This document shows positions 23,798-36,300 of a DNA stretch of 64,000 nucleotides, piece by piece. Position numbers and translations under genes: made by a program. Source of the DNA: Zancudomyces culisetae HAW-14-8 (lineage: Eukaryota; Fungi; Kickxellomycota). Position 1 is the first letter of the stretch. Each line of letters opens with the position of its first letter. The stretch lies in assembly GCA_052426225.1 (NCBI GenBank), contig JBNJNM010000021.1, positions 3,100,001-3,164,000 on the forward strand, read 5' to 3'. The notes beneath the pieces were generated by a model. It made no database searches. It had not been told where the DNA came from and was given only the letters and a program-made list of their open reading frames with translations.

Positions 23798-26700
23798 ATG
23801 GTTGGGAACACTGGTAAAAAAGTGATATCTAACCGCGGGGGTCCAGAAATTACTCCGTTTGATAGCGCAAACTGTCCCGATGTTGAGGACTGGTTGCATA
23901 CTTACGGTTTAATTTCATCTATGATGGGTGGAATGATGCAGAAAAACTCAAGTATCTTGAGCTGTACCTATCCGGGGAGGACAAGAAGTGGTTTAAAAGG
24001 CAATTGTCAACTTTGACAACCTGGGAAGCCGCTTCCAAGAAATTCCTGGAGCAGTTCGGTACTCAAGAAACTGAGTTAACGGCATTGGAAACCCTGATAG
24101 ATTTGCGGCAAGCAAACTTTAAAAACTTTGAGCTTTTCGAAGCCGAGTTTGATAGTTTGGCTAATGCTGCGGGTATTAAGGAGGATTCGAAGACTTGGAT
24201 GAATCTCTTTCGGAGAGCACTCACCCAAAGGAATCAAGTCCTTCTTTCTAAGGCTGGGATTACTAAGGTAAAGGAAGCTAAGGAGAAACTCCTCGAGGAA
24301 GAAAAACTCGAGAAGGCTCTGAATCTTTCGGCACCAAAGAAAACCAGAGCACCCGCAAAGGTAGAAAAGAAAGAGCAAAGTCCTCCAAAAGCGGATACTT
24401 CGCTGAAGGAAAACTTTGCTGGGGAATTACAGAGAACGTTGAAGTATATGCAAGGTTTGCAACTCAACATTCTCGACAGGATGGAAAAGCTTGAGGCCAA
24501 ATCTCATGGGGGAAACAATAGGAAACCCCAGAGAGACTTCAAGCCAAGAATCCTGGAGTGCTTCAAGTGTAAAAAGCCTGGGCACCATGGGACACAATGT
24601 CCTGAAGCAGCTGGAGGGTCGAAAGACTTAGGCTGTATTGAGCTATGCTCTGAGATGTCCGACTCAGAGGCGGAAGCGTTGTTTGGAGTGGAGAAAAGGC
24701 CCAGAAGCCCCTCCCCAACAGACAACGGCCCTGTAAGGGGTAGAGTTAGGACAGGAGAAAATCCTCCGGGACAGGTTACCGGAGAGATTAGGGAGGTTGG
24801 CATGGAGGTCGAAAAAGACCAAAATCCACCTCAGGCAATACGAGTGGTTCCGAGAAACCCTGCGAAAGACAGGTTCTCTTTCCAGACGGAAACCAACTCT
24901 AAAACAAAACGCTACTTAGCTGATAAAGCTGCTATAGTACGCGAGAGAGGTGCGGCGACTGGGAAAACTCGCCAGACACCTGGGGACAAGGAAGAACTCC
25001 CAATAAAGGAGTTTTCCATTGAGGATGAGTTTAACAGGATTCAACCAAAGTTAAACTATGCCCACCTCCTCAAGGTTTCCCCAATGGTTAGGAAGAGGAT
25101 GTTAACATACATCCAAAAGTTGGAGGAGCAAGAGTTGGGAGCCATTGAAGATGAAGGTAGTCGTTATACAAACTGTAAAGCGTACATCGACGTCTTTGGT
25201 GAATACCACGTTGCTATCCTAGATACTGGAGCAGCCTGCTCAGTAGTCACCAACGACTTCCTAAAAATGCTGGGTTTGGAAATAGACACTATGGATACGC
25301 CCACTATAGTGACAGCAGATGGGGCGAAACATTCCACACTTGGAATAGTTTCGGGTGTACCTTTCAGAATCGCTGGGTACATCTTTACTGGAGATCTGTT
25401 GGTCATGGAGCGGGGTATTAATCAGCTAGTCTTAGGCATGGACTGGTTGACTAAACATGGTGCTATGGTCGACTTGGGCGGTAAAGAATTAATATTACCC
25501 AAGGGCGACAAGGAGATTGCTTTGACACTCTTTACGAGTAAGAAAAGCAACCTCGTAGATTATTCGGGGTACGAACTCTACGGGATAGCAAAGGAGGTGT
25601 CAACTTCAACATCTGAAGTGGCACCAGAAGTACCCCAGGGGCTCCTCAATGTGCTGGAAAAGAATAAGGATCTGTTTGTGACTGATCTTATGGATCTAGA
25701 ACAGACCGATGTTTTGGACCACCGCATTGAGGTTGGAGACGCCAATCCGGTGAAGGTTCGCCCTTACAGGATTCCGCACCATCTACGGGAGCAGGTGCGA
25801 GGGGAACTGGAGGTAATGGCAGAGAAAGGCATAATTGAGCCCTGCCAGTCCGATTGGTGCGCCCCAGTAGTGGTGGTAACTAAGAAAAACGGGAAGTTGA
25901 GAATTTGCTCAGATTACCGTAAACTTAACTTAGTTACCCGCAAGGATCTGTACCCATTGCCAATAATTGATGATATCTTTGCGGCATTTGGGAATGCAGG
26001 GGTTTTTAGCGTAATGGACGCTATGAGCGGGTTTTGGCAGGTCAAAATGAATCCCGCAGATAAACACAAAACAGCATTCGCTCTACCAGGAGATGGAATG
26101 TACTGTTACAACGTTATGCCTTTTGGACTTTGCAACAGTCCCGCTACATTCCAGAAACTGATGGAGAAAGTGTTGGCAAACGTTTTATGGCGTTGCGCGA
26201 TTGTGTTTATCGACGACATAATTGTGTACTCCAAGACCTGGGAGGAACACAAGAGACATTTAGAAGAAGTTTTTGAATGTCTCAGGAAGGGTAAAGTGCA
26301 ATTGCACAAAGATAAGTGCGAATTCGGCAAGACCGAGATTCGTTACTTGGGGCATACCATTGGTAAGAATGGTATAAGTACAAATGAGGATAAAATAGTG
26401 AGTATAAACACTCTAATAGACCCAAGAAATGTTAAAGAAATACAATCCTTCTTAGGATTCACTGGGTACTATAGGAAGTTTATACCTAACTATGCGTTAG
26501 TGGCCAGACCGTTGACAAACCTCCTAAAGAAAGATGTCTCTTGGGAGTGGTCTGAAGAATGTAAAGAGGCGGTGCGGGAGCTAAAGAGACTGCTCACTCA
26601 AGCTCCTACACTGGCACATCCCAATTGGGACAGGGAATTTATCCTGACCACGGATGCCTCTGGGGTCGGACTGGGAGCTATCTTAACACAAGAAATAAAC

Positions 26701-28335
26701 GGCGAAGAACGCCCAATAGCTTACGCCAGTCGCACCCTAAACATTCATGAAGCCAACTATGCTATTACTCATTTGGAAGGCCTTGCGGTAGTGTGGGGAA
26801 TAAAGAAATTTAAACACTACCTTTGGGGGAAAAAGTTTGTGGTGAAGACAGACCATTTGGCATTACTAAAGGTCTTTGACACCCAGGACTTAAATGGCAG
26901 AGTAGCACGATGGGCAATGTTCCTGCGGGAGTTTGACTACGAATTCCAACATGTTAGGGGTGCTGTAAACCCTACTGATTTCCTGTCAAGAAATCCAGGA
27001 ATCACGGAAGAAGTAGCCCCAGGAGCAGAGGCCGAGGAAGTAGAAATAGCGGCGATGGATGTGTTACATCACGCAGCTATTTCCAACTACCTATGGGATA
27101 GAACTTACCCAAACAGAGCTAATGACAACTTCAGGAAAAGCCTTCGGGAAAAGGCTAAGTTGTTCAAGCTGCTGGATAATAAGTTATGCAAAGTAACAAA
27201 GCAGTTTGGGATAAGGGAAGTACTTCACCATGAGAATCAAAAGGAGAAAATCCGGATGATTCACGAAGAAGGTCATGAAGGAATACTCTATACCCTGAAT
27301 CGCGCCCGAAACAAGTACTTCGGTAAAGGGTTGCGAGAGGTAGTTGAGGAAGTTGTAGGAGAATGTGAGCGTTGCCAAAAACAAGATAAAGGTAAATTCT
27401 TTAGAGAGCCGCTCCATCCTTTCCTAGCCATGCGACCGTTTGAAATAATGGGGATTGACTTTGTAGGACCTATAAATCCTATAGCAAAGTCAGGCAACAA
27501 GTATGTCATAACTGCGATAGACTACTTGACGAAGTGGCCAATTGCTGTGGCGGTGCCACATGCTACTTCGGAAGTTGTGATTAACTTCTTGTTCACCAAA
27601 GTGGTGCAAGAGTTCGGTATACCCGCACAACTTATGTCTGACAGAGGAGCATCATTCACATCAGAATTGTCCTCTAAGTTTTACGAAGAGGTGGGGATTC
27701 ACCACACCCCAACTACCGTATTTCGTCCCCAAGCTAATGGTCAAGTGGAACGCTTCCATAGAACTTTCCGTAATGTGTTAGCCAAAGTTTCTGAGAGAAA
27801 CAAGGAAGAGTGGGATACTTATATCTGGAAGGTCTTGTTAGTCATCAGGACTATGAAGAACAGATCTACAGATAAAAGCCCCGCAGAGTTACTGTATGGA
27901 GTAAAGTTGCAAACCCCAGCAACTTGGAGACCTCCTGCAGAAGTGGAAGATCTCGAGGAAGAGATTATTCAAAGGGTAAACGCCATCCAAGTTGGTATCC
28001 CCGAGATAAGGCGCCTAGCAGTTGAGAAAATGGCTGAGGCAAACCAGGTCATGAAGCAAAGGTATGACAAACAAGTAACTGTCTACCGTTTCAAGGAAGG
28101 TGACAAGGTGCTCAGAAAAGTTGAGCAGCCTTCAGGAAAATTGGAACCCTACTGGGAAGGACCATATACCGTCACCAGAGTACTTAGGTTAGGCACATAC
28201 GTTATCCAAGATCCAGCAGGACACCGTGACTTGGTTAATGGAGACCGCCTTAAACCATATCGCCAGGCAGAACATATGATTCCCGAGATCACGCCAGGGA
28301 ATATTCGGAGCACTTTGAGACGCTTCAAGAATTAA
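23798..28335 (+). CDS. E2 Gag-Pol polyprotein with a 1-nt frameshift near 23927 (ORFs 23798-24016 and 24004-28335)
   Basis: Restoring one base joins DVEDWLHTYGLISSMMG to WNDAEKLKYLELYL...WFKRQLSTLTTW, colinear with E1 Gag. Downstream motifs are CFKCKKPGHHGTQC, LDTGA, FIDD, TDAS, the integrase core and GPY. Confidence 0.9.
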
Positions 28336-29075
28336 AGCTTGCACACAAAGGTTGAAACCCTGAGTGTAAGCTGTGGGGGGGAGGTGTTGTATGCTTAGTT
28401 CTATCCAAGCTAAACTATTGGATAAACAGCATACAGCTTCTCAAACACCGAATAACCACCGTTATCTCGGGTGTTCGAGCTAGTAATCTGGGATTACTAG
28501 GGTGAAATTATCACCCAAAAAGTGAGTCAATATTAAGTTTTGATTATTTTATTTTAAGTTTCTATTATAAAAAGTTCTAATAAAATAGCTAGTCAGGTAC
28601 TAGTATATTACTAGTAACCCCACCACAAGTTTGGTGGTTTTATCTTTTTATTTTTAAAAGTTATTCATTAAATAAAATACAAATTAGCTCTAAAATACTT
28701 GATTTTACTCTATAAAATTGAAATTTGTGATTTGAGCAAAAACCTACCTAAAACCAAAAAAAAACATAGGTAGTGAAGCGTAACACAATTTTCAAAGGGT
28801 ATCAGAAAGGTATCAGAGTCTAACTTTTGGACCAAAATTAATTGTTTTGCACACCAAATTTTAGGAGTTGGGCGTAATTTTACCCAGTTTTATCGCATTT
28901 ATTGAAGTAATAAATACATAAAACTAAATTAAATATAAGCTAAAAAGGTAGGGTTGACTGGTTAAATAAAGTAAAACTTTCTCCAGTAACAATCCCCCTC
29001 TATTAGCAGAACTTTTTGTAGGTTTAGTTGCGGAAATTTCCTGAGAAATTTTCTGCAATCTAAAATTACAAAACA

Positions 29076-29889
29076 TGTTGTATGCCTACAATAGGTGAAA
29101 CATTTCCATTGGTTAATTGTGTTTTAAAATTTTTAGTTAGATTTTTTGTAGATTTTATTGTATAAAATTGAAATTTTTGTTTAACTAAATAATGTCCTCT
29201 TTTGCCTAATCAAAATAACTATAAAATAATTCGCAGTATATAGTAAAAGGTAAGTAAAATGACCCGTCCCGTGTGTTATTTGGTGTAAAAAACACTAAAT
29301 GGGACGTTAAACATGGCAACACACAACAAACAGTGTTATATAATGAGTAAACATACCTATATGTTTATCATTTATATAAATATTTATATGATTTTATGAT
29401 ATTTTCTTGTAAATATTTATTATTTATAGTATTATACTTAATTGTTTGACTTACTTGTTTAATATTTGTTTGTAGTTTACACATATTTATTTATTATTAG
29501 TAAACACAGAAGTAGTCTGTGCATATTTTATTAGTATATTTTAAGTAGTATTTGTTTATGCAAATCATGAATGTTTGCATATGTTTATTTATTTGTAGGA
29601 ATCATGTATAGTTTTTTTATCTTTATGGTTTTTCTATGACATGATAAGAAAGTAAAAAAAAAGTAGTTTATTAGTATAAATTAATTTCTATTAGTATTTG
29701 AATTTTGTATAAATAGGTTGTTTAAAAGACCTAGAAAGAAAAAATATCAATTTAATAAAGTTGGTTCTACACAGGAACTTATAGTATTATAGTGAAAACT
29801 TATACTAAAATAGTACATAGTATAATTACTATAATAGTTTCCAACTAATTGAAAAAAACAAAAGCTGTGAATCTGAGCTTTTGATAACA
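29076..29889 (+). mobile_element. Solo LTR C
   Basis: TGTTG...TAACA termini, internal TATAAAT and AATAAA, followed by CGACA. The left junction with E2 is degenerate. Confidence 0.75.
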
Positions 29890-29894
29890 CGACA

Positions 29895-30347
29895 TGTTAT
29901 ATAGTGGCGTAGATCACCTCTAACCACGATATAATCGGCACTCCAATTAGGTTTGTTTATTTATATTATTTATATTATTAATATTGTAGGTCAAAATATA
30001 TGATCTGCTAAGGTTTATAATTAGTTTATTTAACATTACAAGGTTCTAGTTTAGTTTTTTTGATCTTCGGGTTTTTTCTAGATTAGAATTAATAACAAAA
30101 AAATAGGTTTAAATTATTATATAGTTTTATATTAGTTTATTAAGTATTAGTTAGTTTTTAAGTTATAAATACTTGAAGTTTTTCAGTAAGTCGAAAGATA
30201 TCAATAAATTCAGTTTTGATCTATTTACTAGAAGTCTATAACTTATATATATTTTAAACTTGAATAAATATAGTTAAATACATATTTAGTTATCAAAGTA
30301 AATAACAGTTTTTAATTAAGCGAGGTTAAAGAACCAACTAGCTAACA
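29895..30347 (+). mobile_element. Solo LTR D
   Basis: TGTTA...TAACA termini, preceded by GACA and followed by GACA once E3 and one ACAG copy are removed in silico. Confidence 0.8.
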
Positions 30348-30348
30348 G

Positions 30349-33300
30349 TGTCGCAATAAGCCGAATTGTAATGCAAATCCGAATAGTGTACAAGAAATTT
30401 TGTTGTACACTCATTGCGGAATGCCAATTTTTATAATTTTTATTGTCGTTTAAATTTTTGTTCAAATTAATTTCGACTCAGCATGAAATAAATTCTACAT
30501 GCTGAGTCCATTCAATAATGATGATTCTAGTACGAAATATGTTTTCATACTGAACATCAAATAATTTTAATGATTATGTGTTCCCACACATAATCTTAAT
30601 TGCACGTATGCTGCAATTATGAAACAAAACTATTAGTATACTTAACAGCATAATAATAGTGTATAGTTAATTTATTATATTGAAAAACGAGGTTAACATT
30701 TAAGTTTTTAATCATATATATAATTGATAGAGTAGTCTATTAGGTAACTTTATCCATGTCCTACTTTACGGATTAAATAGTATAGTTAATAAACTCAATA
30801 AAACAAACTTTAAAAGTATATACATATAATAAATAACCAAACATCATGAACTATTTCTTTTATAACAAGAGTAAATCCAAGAGGGATTCAGAAACTAGCT
30901 CCAGCCTGAGCACGGCTAGTAGCATGGACCAAGAGACTGGGGTTTTAAGTCCTCGGACTCTTGGGGAGTTGACAGAAAGTGTCCGTCAACTCCAAATCCG
31001 TAGGAGCCCAGAACCAATGTCCGTGAGCAGTATCTCACCGACATTGTATAGGGGAAACAGCTCACCCGAGCACCCTATTATGCACATCACACTACGGGGT
31101 AGTGGTGCATCTTCATCAAGTGGTCATACCCGAACTGGTATGACACATGATGAACTTAATAATCATGGTTACACGAATTATGATTATTACGACATGGCGT
31201 CAGCGACAGGATCATTTTCTAATAATGATCTCATGGATGGAAACCAGAGCGGCACAAGCACAGATTTAGCCGCGTCCCCGGCTATGTATTTTTCACCACA
31301 AAGTACCAACAATGAAAATACACCACCTAGCCCTACTACAGCTCAAGTAGCTAGAAGATTGTTTGTTAATGGAGTGAATAAAATCAAAGAATACGCACCA
31401 AAAACAATTGAAATTTTTAATTTTGATACTGGTAATGGTAAACAAAAAGAGAAACCCGAAGCTAGCACAAGCAAGACCAAATTAAGACAACAAGTAATAG
31501 GGAACAAATCTATTAAGGAAGTATTAGAATCAAACGTAAAAGCTACCCAGGAACGTATGAAACGCGGACAGAACGACAATACACCAGGATGGTTACCAGT
31601 CCCACCACCAATATTTACTAACGCATGGGACCAAGATCCAGAAGAGTTCTTGAACCTTTTTTGTAAACATGTGAATGCATTAGAACAAATATTGACCCTG
31701 GAGGAAACATATCTTTATCTGGAAACTTTTATAGATGGTTCAATAAAGAAAACATTAACGGATTTGATGGTAATTCAAGAGGATTGGACTGAATACTGTA
31801 CCCTATTTATATCGACATGTAACAAGTATAGAGATACAACGGAGGCAAGAAAGCAGTTCGAGAAGTACAATTTATATAACAATAACCCAATTACCACATT
31901 CGCAGACCTAAAAAGACTATTTAAAAATATGCAAGTAAACGATGAAACCAAAATGGCTGAAGAAGTATTTAAAAAGTTAAACCCCACGGATAAGCAACAC
32001 GTACGAAACCTCGCAGGTGGGATAACAATGAAATCAATGCTAGCATATATGATACAACGGGAGGAGGATATAATTGAGACAAAAAAATCACAAGGAATAA
32101 GAATAATAAACAATACAAAATACGTAAATAACATTAATAAAAACTACAAAACATATAACAACAAAAACATTTCAACTACTAATACTAATAATAACTATAA
32201 GAATAACACTAAATATAACAATTCCATTACTTCAAAAACCAATCAATATAAAGTAAAAGAAAACGTAAACGTAAATAGTAGAACTATGTATGAGACCCCA
32301 TCAAGGAATAGCAGATATCAAACCAAAGATAATAGTAACGTTAGGTGCTACAAGTGTCGGAAAAATGGACACTATGCGAGTAATTGTCCCACAGAAATCG
32401 AGGACATAGAAATGAAGACTGCATCACCTATAAAAAACTCAGCCAACAATAGCCAGAATAAAGAAGTCAATCTCGTAGAGTTAGGAAAACAAACACCAAA
32501 TACAGTATTATGCCAAAAAGAGATGAGTAGGAATATAAAAGCAATAATGGGATTAGTGACTATTAATGGGAAGCAAACCATGTTTCAGTACGATTCAGGA
32601 GCAGCAACCAACTTAATGAGCTGTGCAATGGCAAGGACATTAGACTTAGGGGATGGACAAGCGACAGAAGTTACAATTTTAGGCGTTGGAGGAAAGGAAT
32701 CCATACCGGTATATTATCCTTCTGTCAAGTTAGATTTCGGTACTTTCGCAATAAAAGCACCATTCTACACAATCAAAGAAGGAAAAAGGGACTTGTTATT
32801 ACTTGGAATTGATCTGTTTGCTTGCTTAAAAGCAGAAATAAGTTTTACGCATAATGCAATAACCTGTGATGTAGGAGGTAAACTACACCAGATACCAATG
32901 ATACTACGCTGCGTAGACAATACGAACGAACATTCAGACAGCAAAATAATTGAAATAAATACCGTAAACACAAAAAACGGCGTCATAAATCCGGAGTTGA
33001 TAGATATACATAAGGATCAACTTACTAAGCTGCTAACACTGAACCGAGACAGATTTGCCAGTAACTTAGAAGACTTCCAGGGTGCCGAAGTAAACCCCGT
33101 AAAGATGATACTTAAGGACGTAAATCCCATCAAATGCAAACCGTATAGATTGGCTAAGAGACTACAGGAAGAAATAATGGAGCAAATTAAAGAAATGATA
33201 ACGCAAGGAGTAATTGTGAAGTCCAGTAGCCCCTATTGTTTCCCTATGGTAGTAGTTAACAAAAAAGATGGCAAGAAAAGAATATGTGTCGACTATAGGA

Positions 33301-36300
33301 AACTAAACGAGGTAACCAAAACTGATGCCTATCCTATACCAAACATAGACGAAATATTAAGTAACTTACAAGGTTCAAAGTATTTTACGACTCTGGATGC
33401 GCTGAGTGGGTATTGGCAAATACCCCTCGACAAAACAACCCAAGAAATGACAGCGTTTACACCTGGGCCCGGACTCGGGTTATACCAATTTACTGTCTTA
33501 CCATTTGGGCTAACCAACGCCCCAGCAATCTTTCAGAGAGTAATGGAAGAAGTATTAAAAGAAGAATTATATAGGTGTACAATGGTTTATATAGATGATA
33601 TAATCATTTATTCAAAAACATTTGAGGATCATATACAAGACGTACGTAGGATAATTGAACTGCTAAGAACCAAAAACATTAAGTTACACGCAGACAAGTG
33701 TAGACTAGCTTATACAGAGGTAAAATATCTGGGTCATATCATATCTGCGACTGGGATAAAACCAGACACAGAAAACGTAGAAAAGATCAAAAATATGACT
33801 CCGCCGAAAGATGTAGATAGTATTAGAAGTTATCTAGGGCTGGTAGGATACTACCGCAAATTTATAAAAAACTTCTCTACCATTGCTAAACCATTGACTA
33901 CGTTAACAAAGAAAGATGTACCATATGAATGGGGTGTGGACCAACAAAAGGCATATGATTTTCTTCAAAAACAACTAACAAGTCAACCAATATTAAACCA
34001 CCCAAACTGGGATTGGGATTTCACAGTGATTACGGATGCCTCTAAATCGGGAGTGGGTGCCATACTAGCGCAAGGAAAAGAAGGTAGAGAACGAATTGTA
34101 TGTTATGCGAGCAGGACACTAACACCTGCCGAAAGCAACTATAGTATTACGCATCTGGAGGGCCTAGCGGTGGTTTGGGGATTAACCCACTTTCACTACT
34201 ATCTTTATGGACGAACATTTACAGTTATTACGGATCATAGTGCTTTAGTAGAACTATTTAAAAAAGAACCAGCGAAAGGAAGAATCGGGAGATGGATATT
34301 AAAGTTAAGACATTATAACTTTAAGGTAATACACAGAGAGGGAAAAAGTAACCCTGCAGACTACTTGAGCAGGTTTCCGTGGGAAGACATCCCAGAGCAA
34401 GTGGAAGAAGTGTTATACATTTCGTTAAAGGGATACGAAGAGCTAAAAGAAAGAGTAAGAAATAAAGATACTGCGGCGAACAATGATAACTTACTAGCAA
34501 AACTATCAGTGATAGAAAATGACATCATACACACCGATCGTACCAAAAGGAAATACCTACATCCAAATGAATTGTATGAAACTATTTACCGGATCCACTA
34601 TGAACAACATAGAAGTATAAGTGCCACAAACAAATACTTAACAGAGCATTATTATGCACCAGGGAGTTTCAATGTGGTAAAACTAATAGTTGAAAGGTGT
34701 GAAGTCTGCCAAAGAACAAACTACATACAAAGAAAAGCTGAGAATCTACACCCAATCATACCAAGTGAACCGTTTAGAGTATGGGGGTTAGACGTAGCTG
34801 GACCAATTGCACCTATAAGTGAACCAGAAGGAAATAAGTATATAGTTATGGCAATTGACTATTTCACAAAGTGGCCAGTGGCCCTAGCAGTAAAATCAAT
34901 CAACGCAGAAGTGATTTGCAATTTTATTACAGAAATGATAATAGCAAACTTTGGAGTCCCACAAATATTAATAACCGATCGTGGGTCTCATCTAAGTAAC
35001 GAGGCATGCGCAAGGTTCAACGAATATTTAGGAATCGAGCAAAAACAGGTTACTGCATACAGACCGTCGGCAAACGGTCAAATTGAGAGATCAATACAGA
35101 CACTAAAACAATTGCTAATAAAACAGACCATAAGTAGACCCAAATCGTGGGATGCATATATATGGAGAGTATTGCTAACTATGAGAACCACACCACACCG
35201 TACCTTGGGACGATCCCCTGCAGAAATAGTTTACGGACTAAAATTACTTACACCGGAGGTATGGAACAGTTACTTACCACAAGATATTGAAAAAGAAATG
35301 GCAATGCGAAATCGTTTAGAATATTTGGAAAATAAAATGCCTACATATCGCAGATTGGTAATTGAGTTGGCGAAAAAGCAAAAAATTTACGATGAGGACA
35401 GGTATAACAAAGGAGTTAGACCCAGAAAATTACAAGTTGGAGAAAAGGTTCTAAAAGCAACCACCACACAAAACCCATTTACAATGCATAGAAACGTGGG
35501 GCCTTTTGAAATAACAGCAATACTGGAAAACGGAGTTTATGAGATAAAGGACAGACAAGGACACGTCGATAAAGTTCACGTGGATAGGTTAAGAAAATAC
35601 TATCCCGAGTATTCAATAATACCGGATTTATATACAGGTAGTGCTAGAACAACTGGAGCACAAGCCGACAAACAACCACGTAACACAGAATCGATCGAGG
35701 ACGATCAAGATTCAAGGGGGGGAATGTCGCAATAAGCCGAATTGTAATGCAAATCCGAATAGTGTACAAGAAATTTTGTTGTACACTCATTGCGGAATGC
35801 CAATTTTTATAATTTTTATTGTCGTTTAAATTTTTGTTCAAATTAATTTCGACTCAGCATGAAATAAATTCTACATGCTGAGTCCATTCAATAATGATGA
35901 TTCTAGTACGAAATATGTTTTCATACTGAACATCAAATAATTTTAATGATTATGTGTTCCCACACATAATCTTAATTGCACGTATGCTGCAATTATGAAA
36001 CAAAACTATTAGTATACTTAACAGCATAATAATAGTGTATAGTTAATTTATTATATTGAAAAACGAGGTTAACATTTAAGTTTTTAATCATATATATAAT
36101 TGATAGAGTAGTCTATTAGGTAACTTTATCCATGTCCTACTTTACGGATTAAATAGTATAGTTAATAAACTCAATAAAACAAACTTTAAAAGTATATACA
36201 TATAATAAATAACCAAACATCATGAACTATTTCTTTTATAACAAGAGTAAATCCAAGAGGGATTCAGAAACTAGCTCCAGCCTGAGCACGGCTAGTAGCA

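Larger units (their letters stand above)
22690..29075 (+). mobile_element. Full-length Ty3/Gypsy retrotransposon E2 (LTRs 22690-23378 and 28385-~29075)
   Basis: 689-bp LTRs with 5 substitutions plus an irregular right end, preceded by CGACA. tRNA-Pro PBS at 23380-23397 and PPT GGGGGGGAGG. Confidence 0.95.

Noticed and set aside
31195-31212. E3 PBS as a match to the adjacent tRNA-Gly
   Set aside because: Only GCGTCAGC matches. The register with CCA is off and the rest (GACAGGAT) does not pair, so a different Ser-like tRNA fits better.
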